DNA of 31,429 bases from an uncultured Puniceicoccaceae bacterium. GTDB lineage: Bacteria > Verrucomicrobiota > Verrucomicrobiia > Opitutales > Seribacteraceae. The DNA lies in contig CAZNWO010000021.1 of assembly GCA_964576585.1 (NCBI GenBank), positions 1-31,429 of the forward strand, in the 5' to 3' direction. Positions 1 through 8,271 of this stretch are shown here, piece after piece. The notes beneath the pieces are model-generated. The model did not search any database and had not been told where the DNA came from. It was given only the letters and a program-made list of their open reading frames with translations. How positions within the stretch are numbered: the stretch's first letter is position 1; every line of letters begins with the position of its first letter. The position numbers were made by a program, and so were the translations under genes.

Positions 1-845
1 TTGTTGCCATAGCTTGGATCCGAACCCGAGAAGGCGGATGCGGATGGAACTTTTGCCGTACGCGTAAGCTCATCGATGAGGCTGGGAGAAAGACGATCCT
101 TTTCGTCGGCGAGGAGGTTGAAGGCAAGTAGGCTATGACTAACCGGAACGCTGCCCTGGTGACCATCCCGAATGCCTGCATTTATGTCTAGGTTGGTTAT
201 GCCTTTTGCCTTCGAAAGATAGGTCAGGGGTGATCGTAATTTGTATTCTTGATCAACTTTCTTGGAATTGCCCGGCGGTCCCCCACAGGATTTCTCCACT
301 TCGCGGAAGTACTTGAGACCTTTTTTCTTTGTTTCGGAGTGCCATGCCGCCAAGTCCGAGATCGGGACCCATGCCGATACGCCTGCCCAAAGGTTCGGGG
401 CGCGTCCCGCCATCAGCAGGCTCATGTAGCCACCTCCTGAGGTGCCAACGAGAAGTATTCTCTTTTTGTCTATCCTGGTTTTCTTTTTGGCGAAATCCAC
501 CGCATCCAATACGTCTTGCACGGCCAGTTCGGAACCTGTTGCTTGAGGATTTCGGTTGGGACCCCTGAAGTCGGGCTTGAGGTAGGACCAGCCTTCCTTC
601 TTGCACCATGCCTCGCATTCCCTGTGGAGACTTTGCTTGTAGTTGCCGCTCCAGGAATGCAGGATCACCAGAAGCGGGACGGGCTTTGCGCGTTCCTCAG
701 GCCTGTAAAAGATTGCCGGCTGTAAAGAACCGTCGAGGCTACTCTTGATTTTGACCTCCTCGACTTGGCCTAGCAAGAGGGCCGAGGGAAGCAGGAGGTT
801 AATCCATGAGGCAAAGAAATAGCGGAGATATTTTCTTTTCTGCAA
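1..845 (-). CDS. Secreted alpha/beta-hydrolase (esterase/peptidase S9-like); 3' end runs off the window start. Probable TTG start at 845 because no in-frame ATG precedes the signal peptide.
   Basis: Hand translation of the minus strand gives one continuous frame with no stops. It opens with (M)QKRKYLRYFFASWINLLLPSALLLGQ, a Sec signal. It contains the nucleophile elbow G-T-S-G-G-G (GxSxG), a downstream Asp/His context (DINAGIRDGHQG) and ends ...SDPSYGNN at position 1. The six-frame ORF listed for 253-618 is in a different, Arg-rich frame and is not the gene. Its stop is 11 nt downstream of the stop of the preceding minus-strand gene. Confidence 0.6.
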   Translation of the reverse strand, partial: MQKRKYLRYFFASWINLLLPSALLLGQVEEVKIKSSLDGSLQPAIFYRPEERAKPVPLLVILHSWSGNYKQSLHRECEAWCKKEGWSYLKPDFRGPNRNPQATGSELAVQDVLDAVDFAKKKTRIDKKRILLVGTSGGGYMSLLMAGRAPNLWAGVSAWVPISDLAAWHSETKKKGLKYFREVEKSCGGPPGNSKKVDQEYKLRSPLTYLSKAKGITNLDINAGIRDGHQGSVPVSHSLLAFNLLADEKDRLSPSLIDELTRTAKVPSASAFSGSDPSYGN

Positions 846-856
846 AGCCTTCGTTT

Positions 857-3181
857 TTATCTGGTTTTCGACTCGGCCAAAATCTTTCGATAGGCCTTTC
901 TCGCGTGCTCGTAAGCGGCAATGGCATCCTGCATCTCATTCTTGGCAATTAGGCTTTTCTTTTGCGACCAGCATTGGTCGACGCTCTTGAGACACCATTC
1001 GGCGCTGCGGCTGGATGCTCGAATTGGCTTTTTGCCGACGGTTACGAAGATTGGATTCGTGTGAGAAGAAGGAAAGATACGAAGGGCGTACCAAGAGCTT
1101 TGAGTGGCTTCCACTTCAAAAGAGAGGTCATTCAGTGAACCGTCGGCCTCGATGTTTTGGTGAGCGACGGGATAACCGTTTCGGATTAGTTCCACCTTAA
1201 CTTGCCCGGAATCTTCACTGATGCGGGCTCGCTCGATGTGCCAGTAAGGTTGCTGATCGAGCGGCCTGTTCATGAGGCTGGGATCGCTTTTCTTGCCTAG
1301 GCGAGCAGCGACCTTTGCCGTTACCTTTATCTTTCCGCCTTTTGTCAGTTGCAGTTCGCTGTTGTTCCGCCCCATGTAAACGTCGTTCGCCTTGAAATCC
1401 ATGATGTGGCTTCTCCCGTCCGAGACATAGGCTGAGCCCTTTTCTATGCCCTCGCACCACTTGTCGTAGTTGAGCTTGCCGTCAAGCTTGACGTAGGAGC
1501 GCCCGAGACCCACCCGTTCGCCGTAGATGCAGGGGAAGTCCGTTTCGCCGCTGATTCTCGTGCGAAAACCACAGTTGAGGACATGGTACCAGATGTTCAG
1601 TTCCCATATGGAAGGAGTGTCGACCATGGAAATGAAGTCCACTGCCGGAACTCGGGTTTTGCCGGGGCCTTCCACCATGTGAGTTACGTCCACAATGTAC
1701 TCGCAGGCTCCAATCCCGTCGAATGGTGGAATTTCGTAGCTCGGAAGCTTCTCGCCCTTGACGCGAATCCCCCAGCCCGAATGAGCCGGTCCGCACACGG
1801 CGCCTTGTTTTTGGGCCCACTTCAGGGTGTTCAGGCACAAGGTCGGCCAATGGTGCTTGGAATCTCCGCCGGGATGAATTTGCTTCTTCAGCCTAAGTAG
1901 GCAGAGGTGGCCCGAGCGATGAGAACCGAAGCCCGAGACCTCCACGTCGTACCGAAGCAGATATGGGTACTGGGAAACCTTGTCCACAATACCGGTAAAG
2001 AATTGCTTCTGGTAGTCGAAGCATGGTCCCCAAGTCAGGTTTGCTCCGACCTTCAGGTCTTCCCCTAGGCAATGCCGAAGCATGTCCGGAGCATGCACGC
2101 CTTCGGTGGGGTTGGTATAGTGGGCGCAACCTGCGGCGTGTATGTGATGGTCTCCCGACCACCAACCCGTAAGGGATGGGTCTATCCATCTCTTCATCTT
2201 GAAGGAAGCGGTTTGAGGTTTGTCGCCTACGACAAGCTTACTCCTTTGCTTGATTGACTCCGGCCCGCGAGCTACCTCAAGGTCGTATTCTCCGGCAGGC
2301 AGTATGAGGCTCTCGCCGTGGAGCCGATACACTTGTGGGTGAAAGTGAAAGTCGGGCGCCAGACGTTTGGCTTGCGATGGATATACCCTGCCGAGCTTGT
2401 CCTTAACTACGAATTCCGCAACCGTCGGCTTCCCGTTTTCGTCCAAGACCTCAAGAGTCACCTGTGTGGAGGGAAGGCATACGAAATTCAAGGTCACCTC
2501 GTTGCGGAAGCCGAGGTCCTGAGTTCCCTGGCCTACGTCGAAGGAAAGAGTAGCCGCTCGTTTTCCTCGATCCCTTGAATACAGTTGTACGATCCTGTAT
2601 TCAAGTTCGAGCCCGGACAGGCTTTGAGTAAGCGGCCGACTGTCGAAGGTCTGGAGTCCAAGCCAACGGTCCCTTGGGAGGTTTGGAGCGCCACCCTTAG
2701 GCAGGTTGCGGTTTTTGCCCCAGCCACCAAAACTGGCGGGGAGAGCGCTTCGGCTCGAACTTCTGAGGGGAGCCGTTACACCCGCTTCGTTCACCACCTT
2801 CACAAGGAAATTTCTCCAGCCATGTTCGGCCAATTCAGGCTTTGCGAGACCTGGACCAACTTTTACGCGAGATTCGGGGTTGATGTTCACGACACTTAGA
2901 GTGAAAGGGTCCAGCGCTGCCTGAACGATCTTGGTCACTTGTGCGGCCGCCTTTGTTTTCGTTGCGGTTTCCAGTTGCTTGACGGTGCTCGAAGGCAAGG
3001 GTTCGCCAAGGTATTGCAAGGCTTCACGCAAATGTTTTACTTGCAGAATAAGTGGCTGCGCGGCGACTTTATCCACTTGTTGGATTTTTGCTTCAAGTGA
3101 GAAGATTGGTGCAAGAAGGATGAGCACGAAGGGGATATTCTTTTTCATGGCTTCGGGGGTGAAGTTACTTGTGGTAAACAT
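857..3181 (-). CDS. Secreted metallohydrolase, CehA/McbA-like (PHP/amidohydrolase-type HxH metal site), 774 aa. An alternative start at 3148 (MKKNIPFVLILLAPIFSLEA) is possible.
   Basis: 774-aa ORF with an N-terminal signal peptide and a GDHHIHAAGCAHY motif, typical of an HxH metal-binding start of a PHP/CehA-McbA type hydrolase fold. It sits in the same-strand cluster with the ABC transporter genes. Family assignment is from memory of the motif only. Confidence 0.5.
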   Translation of the reverse strand: MFTTSNFTPEAMKKNIPFVLILLAPIFSLEAKIQQVDKVAAQPLILQVKHLREALQYLGEPLPSSTVKQLETATKTKAAAQVTKIVQAALDPFTLSVVNINPESRVKVGPGLAKPELAEHGWRNFLVKVVNEAGVTAPLRSSSRSALPASFGGWGKNRNLPKGGAPNLPRDRWLGLQTFDSRPLTQSLSGLELEYRIVQLYSRDRGKRAATLSFDVGQGTQDLGFRNEVTLNFVCLPSTQVTLEVLDENGKPTVAEFVVKDKLGRVYPSQAKRLAPDFHFHPQVYRLHGESLILPAGEYDLEVARGPESIKQRSKLVVGDKPQTASFKMKRWIDPSLTGWWSGDHHIHAAGCAHYTNPTEGVHAPDMLRHCLGEDLKVGANLTWGPCFDYQKQFFTGIVDKVSQYPYLLRYDVEVSGFGSHRSGHLCLLRLKKQIHPGGDSKHHWPTLCLNTLKWAQKQGAVCGPAHSGWGIRVKGEKLPSYEIPPFDGIGACEYIVDVTHMVEGPGKTRVPAVDFISMVDTPSIWELNIWYHVLNCGFRTRISGETDFPCIYGERVGLGRSYVKLDGKLNYDKWCEGIEKGSAYVSDGRSHIMDFKANDVYMGRNNSELQLTKGGKIKVTAKVAARLGKKSDPSLMNRPLDQQPYWHIERARISEDSGQVKVELIRNGYPVAHQNIEADGSLNDLSFEVEATQSSWYALRIFPSSHTNPIFVTVGKKPIRASSRSAEWCLKSVDQCWSQKKSLIAKNEMQDAIAAYEHARKAYRKILAESKTR

Positions 3182-3190
3182 TTGGGCTGC

Positions 3191-4879
3191 TCATAGCCTT
3201 TCAAACTCTCGATTCGCTGCAATGCTTTTTTCCCTTTCTTCCCATTTTCTTCTCTGGAGGAAATGGAAGACGGAAAGGATTAAAGCGATTAGAATGGAGA
3301 AAATTACGCCGAAGATGGCGGCTTGTCTAAAGGCGTTTTCGTGTTCGCCTAGGTCCATGTCTTGTGGTCGACCTGCAATTTCGAAGAACGCAAAGGGCGG
3401 AGAAAGCGAGCCAAGGTGAAACAGTGTATTTAAACCGTCCTCTTCCCATCCCACGGCTATTACCATGCATGCCAAAGGCGGTGTGACCCAAAGCAGCCCG
3501 AGGAATCCCCAGAAACCTATGTTGAACCAGAGCTCTCTGGCGGCCCTAAGGTAGACCAAGCAGGCGGCAAACAAAAGGCAGGGTAGGACGAGGGTCTCCT
3601 GAGCAGGGAACTTATCGAAATACAGGCCCGACTCAGCTGCCCGCATCAAGAGGAGAAAGTGGGTCAGGGGCATCATGACGCCAAGGCCAAGAACGATTAT
3701 ACCCCCTGGTTTTTCGTCTGCCATAAGGGGCACGTTTGTGAGGTTCAGCTTGGCTGCCCTGCGTCTCCCTTTTACGTATTGGTGTCGAGTGGGACAGGTG
3801 ACGTGAATGATTAATACGGCCGCCGCCAGGGAGAGGCTGAAGAGGATGGTCTGGACGAAAACAAGAGTCAACCCTCCCTCTCGGTCATTGTGGGAGAAAA
3901 ACGAGCCAAGTAATCCTGATGCCTTACCCTCTCCGTACAGCTGCCAAAGGCAACCAACTAGGAGAAATTGCAAAACGGCAAAAAACAAGATTCCGAAGGG
4001 CTTTGAGAAGGCAGGCAGGTTTTCGTTCCGCCATTTTCTATGAGCTGTTGCGAAGAGAGCCGAAAGCAGCAACCCCTGCATTAGGATGGTAAAAAGAGAA
4101 GGCGAAACGGCAAAGTCGAAGAAAGGCACTTCGCGCCAAAAATCCGTTGTTTCTCGCCAGAAATCAAAGCTGGGTTCGGTTTGGTTTACTGGTTTCAGTT
4201 CCGTGTTCATGATCCCGAAGTAGGTCGGCAGCAAGGTAAGGAATGAAAGAAAGGAGAACCCTGCCTGCCCTAGTCCCGGGAGAAATACGTAAAGGCCAAG
4301 AACCACCATCCGAGAAATCCATGCCGCAGCACGAGGTCTGCTCACGACCAAGCCGGTAACGTGTGCGGTAAGATGATAAAGCAGTACGCAGGAGAAGAAG
4401 ACGGTGTAGAGATGAAGTGTCTTTGCCGGAGAGATTTCTCCAACGATCACGGCGTGCAGCAAGAAGGGCAGGGTAATGCCGAACATGAAGTATTCCCTGG
4501 CGGGAAGGCCGAAGAGGTACCCTGCAATTTTCATGAAGGGCTTCATGGGTGTCATCCTCTGGTAGTCCAGCAGGCCGATTTCCCGTTCTTCCGCAGTTCC
4601 CGAGGCAACCCTGCCTGTTCCTAGAAAAAGAAGGATGAATCCTTGTAGTCCCAGCAGCACCGGAAAGGCGCGCCTTGCTCCGTTTGTGGGCGAGGGCTCT
4701 CCCGGAACCCATTCCTCGGTCTCTTGGTCGAACACCCATTCCGGTTCCTTGCCTTTCAAGAATACCGTAAGGTAGGCGAAGCAGGTTATTATCAGTGCAA
4801 AAAGTCCCCATGCGATCATTTGTTTCACCCGCAGGCGTTCGCGGACACCTTTGACAATCAATGGGTTGTTTGGAATCAT
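3191..4879 (-). CDS. ABC-2 family transporter permease, unusually large at 562 aa (probably a duplicated or fused membrane domain)
   Basis: Hydrophobic helices run throughout the 562-aa translation. Its start overlaps the stop of the upstream ABC ATPase gene by 4 nt (ATGA at 4876-4879). Charged loops lie between the helix bundles. Confidence 0.7.
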   Translation of the reverse strand: MIPNNPLIVKGVRERLRVKQMIAWGLFALIITCFAYLTVFLKGKEPEWVFDQETEEWVPGEPSPTNGARRAFPVLLGLQGFILLFLGTGRVASGTAEEREIGLLDYQRMTPMKPFMKIAGYLFGLPAREYFMFGITLPFLLHAVIVGEISPAKTLHLYTVFFSCVLLYHLTAHVTGLVVSRPRAAAWISRMVVLGLYVFLPGLGQAGFSFLSFLTLLPTYFGIMNTELKPVNQTEPSFDFWRETTDFWREVPFFDFAVSPSLFTILMQGLLLSALFATAHRKWRNENLPAFSKPFGILFFAVLQFLLVGCLWQLYGEGKASGLLGSFFSHNDREGGLTLVFVQTILFSLSLAAAVLIIHVTCPTRHQYVKGRRRAAKLNLTNVPLMADEKPGGIIVLGLGVMMPLTHFLLLMRAAESGLYFDKFPAQETLVLPCLLFAACLVYLRAARELWFNIGFWGFLGLLWVTPPLACMVIAVGWEEDGLNTLFHLGSLSPPFAFFEIAGRPQDMDLGEHENAFRQAAIFGVIFSILIALILSVFHFLQRRKWEEREKSIAANREFERL

Positions 4880-5859
4880 GGATAAGGTGGAGGCAGTGCG
4901 TTTGCGGATTCAGGCGAAGGGGTGGGAGGGTTTTCTCCTGCCTCGACTGCTAGGAAAAGATCCTCTACGTCCGCCTTTTCCTCAAGGAAAGATTTTACCG
5001 AAGCCCCTTGCGTGATGAGGTCTCTCAGTAGTTCGACTTTCTCCTCATCGCTTCCGGAAAAGGCAAGCTTGATGGAAATGCTCTTTTCATCGATCGGTTC
5101 ACTCAGCGAAGCGTTTGTCCGGTCATTGAAAAAGTCTTCAATCCCGGCATGTGGTTTTAGCAATTCTATCCTTAGGTATCTAGAGGATTTCGAGCTCTTG
5201 ACGACTTCCTCCAGTTTGCCATCAACGACCATTTTGCCTTCCCTCATGATTCCTATCGAGTCGCACAAGTCCTGAAGCTCGGTCAGGACGTGAGAGGAGA
5301 TAAGGATGGTTTTCCCTTCCTTGGCAAGGCGTCGAAGAAGATTCCTGAGGTCTATGCGAGCCTTTGGATCGAGGTTTGCCGCAGGTTCATCGAGAAGGAG
5401 TGCCGGAGGATCATGAACCAGAGTCTTTGCAAGCAGGGCTCTCTGTTTCATTCCCCGCGACAAGGTCTTGCATAACGCGTTGCCGTGTGTCGTCAGATCG
5501 GTTGCCTGCAGGCAACGTTCCACCTCCGATCTTCTTCTTTCAGGAGCCACTGCGTAGGCTGCAGCGAAAAGTTCTACGAACTCGCTAACGCGGAGGTCAT
5601 CGTATACCGGAGGAAAATCAGGCATGTATCCCAAAAGGCCTCTCGCTTTTTCCGGTTCGTGCAAAACGGAAACACCGCCAACGTTTATTTCACCATAAGT
5701 TGGCTCAAGCAATGTGGCGATTGCTCGGATGGTTGTGGTTTTTCCTGCTCCGTTCGGACCGATCAGACCGTAAACCTCACCTTGCTTTGCGGAGAATGAG
5801 AGACCATCGACGGCGACGTTGTCGCCGTAATCAACCTTCAAGTCCTCTACCTCAATCAC
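4876..5859 (-). CDS. ABC transporter ATP-binding protein with a long C-terminal extension (327 aa)
   Basis: Walker A GPNGAGKTT, signature LSRGMKQR, Walker B LLLDEP and H-loop ISSHV are all present. The C-terminal ~90 aa extension ends in a Pro-rich tail (PPTPSPESANALPPPYP). Its stop lies 2 nt from the start codon of the upstream amidohydrolase gene. Confidence 0.9.
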   Translation of the reverse strand: MIEVEDLKVDYGDNVAVDGLSFSAKQGEVYGLIGPNGAGKTTTIRAIATLLEPTYGEINVGGVSVLHEPEKARGLLGYMPDFPPVYDDLRVSEFVELFAAAYAVAPERRRSEVERCLQATDLTTHGNALCKTLSRGMKQRALLAKTLVHDPPALLLDEPAANLDPKARIDLRNLLRRLAKEGKTILISSHVLTELQDLCDSIGIMREGKMVVDGKLEEVVKSSKSSRYLRIELLKPHAGIEDFFNDRTNASLSEPIDEKSISIKLAFSGSDEEKVELLRDLITQGASVKSFLEEKADVEDLFLAVEAGENPPTPSPESANALPPPYP

Positions 5860-5861
5860 CT

Positions 5862-6824
5862 CTACAGCTTGAACAGTTTCTTTGCATTATGGTGGAGAAT
5901 CTGACGTTCGACCTCCTTGTTCTTTGCTAGTCGCCTTATGGTATTCAGGATTACGAATCCCTTGCAACCCGCGCCCCTGCCCGCCGAATCCGGGCAATCG
6001 CTTCCGTAGAGGAGTTGGCTTGAGTGGCGAGCAAGGAAATCCTTGGCATGCTCTTCGTCGCGAAGCATCGAGTTTAGCCCCGATCCCGCAGAGAAATCAC
6101 CATACATGTTCGGATAGTTTGAAAGCAGCTTGTCGGTTATGCCGCCCGACGTCACCTTGGTCTTTGGGTACATGACCTCCTGCTTGTGGTCCTTGTCTAT
6201 GTTGCCCCACCATGTCTGGGCATGCCCTATGAAGTTTACCTCAGGAAACTTTTCCAAGGTTCGGTGAAACCTTTCAATGCCGAGGTTGTAGGCGTTGTGT
6301 TGAAAATGCATGAGGACGGGAACTCCATGTTCGCGAGCCACCTCTGCAACTTTCCAGACGTGAGGAGAGTCGCATTCGACCTTGAACTTTTGTTCCCCTA
6401 TGACCACGGCCCCCGCCTTCAAGTATTTTTCGAGTTCCTTTTGCGCATTGGGAAGATCCGGAACCTCGTTCACGCCGAATCGAAATTCCTTTGGGTGTCT
6501 TTTTGCCAAGGCCATAACGGTTTCATTGCCTCCTGTTTTGGCTGCAAGCCCATTGGATTTTCCCTCGTGGGTGGAGGCTCTTTTGACGGGACTGCCGGCA
6601 GGGAGCAGCAAGGTGGTCGTTATGCCCATGATTCTCTGATGCGTAACGAGCCTCTTGTCGGATCGGAAGAGGTAATTGGTGTGTTGGTGCACGTCGATGA
6701 TCGGCTCCACCTTTTCTTTCGAATGCTTCCCTTCCTTTTGGCCGACGACTGGGATTGCTCCTGCAGCGAGAGCTGCTCCACACTGCATGAATTTTCTGCG
6801 AGACGTAGGGTCTGATGCTTTCAT
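5862..6824 (-). CDS. Tat-exported amidohydrolase-2 family metal-dependent hydrolase
   Basis: The N-terminus SRRKFMQCGAALAAGA is a twin-arginine signal. IIDVHQH is the HxH motif characteristic of amidohydrolase_2 (PF04909-like) TIM-barrel hydrolases. Later His/Asp residues (MHFQH, GSDCPD) fit the metal ligand pattern. Confidence 0.7.
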   Translation of the reverse strand: MKASDPTSRRKFMQCGAALAAGAIPVVGQKEGKHSKEKVEPIIDVHQHTNYLFRSDKRLVTHQRIMGITTTLLLPAGSPVKRASTHEGKSNGLAAKTGGNETVMALAKRHPKEFRFGVNEVPDLPNAQKELEKYLKAGAVVIGEQKFKVECDSPHVWKVAEVAREHGVPVLMHFQHNAYNLGIERFHRTLEKFPEVNFIGHAQTWWGNIDKDHKQEVMYPKTKVTSGGITDKLLSNYPNMYGDFSAGSGLNSMLRDEEHAKDFLARHSSQLLYGSDCPDSAGRGAGCKGFVILNTIRRLAKNKEVERQILHHNAKKLFKL

Positions 6825-6906
6825 GTTTTCAGTCCAGCGCGGAGTTTTGTCTTAGGCAACCTGCAAAGATGCTTGTCCTTGATGCCTACGCTTCCATCAT
6901 GCCCAT

Positions 6907-8271
6907 ATGTTGATGTCTCGAGCTTTCATACTTCCTGCATTGCTATTCGCCATTGTCCCCGTTCATTCGGCGGATTTCCGGATTGCCACCTTTTCCTCGG
7001 ACGTCACCGTACCCATCGGCCATGGCATGATGGGAGGGCTCTGGAAGTCGAAAAGCGTTGCCGATCCCCTCTTCGCAAAGGGAGTCGTGTTGATCGGTGG
7101 AGAAAAGCCAGTCGTCTTCGTCAGCATCGATTGGTGCGAGCTTCGCAACGCCTCCTTTGATCGTTGGCGCGAGGAGCTTGCCAAATCTGCAGGAACGACC
7201 CGCGAACGTGTTTTCATAAGCGCCATTCACCAGCACGAGGCGCCAGTGACGGACTTGGAGGCTCAGCGAATCCTTAGTCGGCGCAATTTGTCGGGCAGCA
7301 TTTGCGACCTCGATTTTCATGAGAAAGCCGTTTTGCGCGCAGCTGAATCCCTGCGGGCTGCGATGAAGAAGAAACGTCGCATCACTCATTTGGGTCTTGG
7401 GCAAGCCAAGGTTGAAAAGATCGCGTCCAACAGGCGCTACCTGTTGCCTGACGGAAAGGTATCTTTCGGTCGAGGTAGTTCCGGCGGGCGAAACGTCTTG
7501 GCGGCAAAGGCGCCCGAAGGTGTCATTGACCCTTGGCTTAAGACGATTTCCTTCTGGGACGGCGATCAGCCCGTTGCTGCCCTCAGCGGTTATGCCTGCC
7601 ACCCGATGAGCTATTACCGCACGGGCGAGGTTAGCGCCGATTTTCCGGGAATTGCCCGTAGCCGCAGGCAACAGGAAACGCCCGACTGTCTGCAAGTCTA
7701 CTTCAGCGGCGCCTCGGGTAACGTTACTGCGGGCAAGTACAACAAGGGCGACCGTAAGAACCGCATGGTGCTCGCAAATCGTCTTTACGATGCGATGGAC
7801 AGGGCTTGGAAGAATACGAAGAAACAATCCCTGAAACAGCTTCAGTTTCGAAATGCCGAGCTTTTCCTGCAACCACGAGGTCATCCCGGGTTTACCGAGG
7901 GAGATTTTGAGAAGAAATTGGTCAAGGGCGTGAACCATTGGCAGCAATGCTTGGCGGCAATGGGCTTGAGTTGGCTCAGGCGTTGCAAGCAGGGACAGCC
8001 CATCGACCTGCCATTGATTGATTTTGGTCCTGCCCAGCTTTTGCTTCTGCCCGGTGAGAGCTATGTGGAGTTTCAGTTGGCCGCCCAGAAAATGCGTCCC
8101 AAATCCTTTGTTCTCGTCGCAGGTTATGGCGAGGGCGGGACCGGTTACGTCCCAACCGAGAAGCATTGGGAGGAAAAGGACGGAAACCTCGGTGATTGGT
8201 GCTGGGTTCATCCTGGAGCGGAAAAACCTTTGCTGGACGCCATCAAGAAAGTACTAATCAAAACACCATGA
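6907..8271 (+). CDS. Secreted hydrolase resembling the neutral/alkaline ceramidase N-terminal domain family
   Basis: Signal peptide MSRAFILPALLFAIVPVHSA. The arrangement VVFVSIDWCEL ... AIHQHEAP parallels ceramidase-family blocks (xVFVSxDxC ... THTHSGP). The stop TGA (8269-8271) overlaps the ATG (8268-8270) of the next gene. The 422-aa antisense ORF 6943-8211 is a shadow ORF. Confidence 0.45.
   Translation: MLMSRAFILPALLFAIVPVHSADFRIATFSSDVTVPIGHGMMGGLWKSKSVADPLFAKGVVLIGGEKPVVFVSIDWCELRNASFDRWREELAKSAGTTRERVFISAIHQHEAPVTDLEAQRILSRRNLSGSICDLDFHEKAVLRAAESLRAAMKKKRRITHLGLGQAKVEKIASNRRYLLPDGKVSFGRGSSGGRNVLAAKAPEGVIDPWLKTISFWDGDQPVAALSGYACHPMSYYRTGEVSADFPGIARSRRQQETPDCLQVYFSGASGNVTAGKYNKGDRKNRMVLANRLYDAMDRAWKNTKKQSLKQLQFRNAELFLQPRGHPGFTEGDFEKKLVKGVNHWQQCLAAMGLSWLRRCKQGQPIDLPLIDFGPAQLLLLPGESYVEFQLAAQKMRPKSFVLVAGYGEGGTGYVPTEKHWEEKDGNLGDWCWVHPGAEKPLLDAIKKVLIKTP

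Noticed and set aside
253-618. 121-aa minus-strand ORF listed in the track
   Set aside because: Wrong frame. The same strand in another frame gives a continuous alpha/beta-hydrolase with GTSGGG running from 845 to the window edge. The listed product is an Arg-rich out-of-frame artefact.
4164-4811. 215-aa minus-strand ORF within the permease gene
   Set aside because: Alternative frame of the ABC-2 permease. The product is Arg-rich and soluble-looking, whereas the 562-aa frame gives coherent TM helices and ATGA coupling.
6943-8211. 422-aa ORF on the minus strand
   Set aside because: It is fully antisense to the ceramidase-like gene, which has a signal peptide, family-like motifs and ATGA coupling to the next gene. 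The minus-strand product is low-complexity-looking with no motif. It is a shadow ORF.
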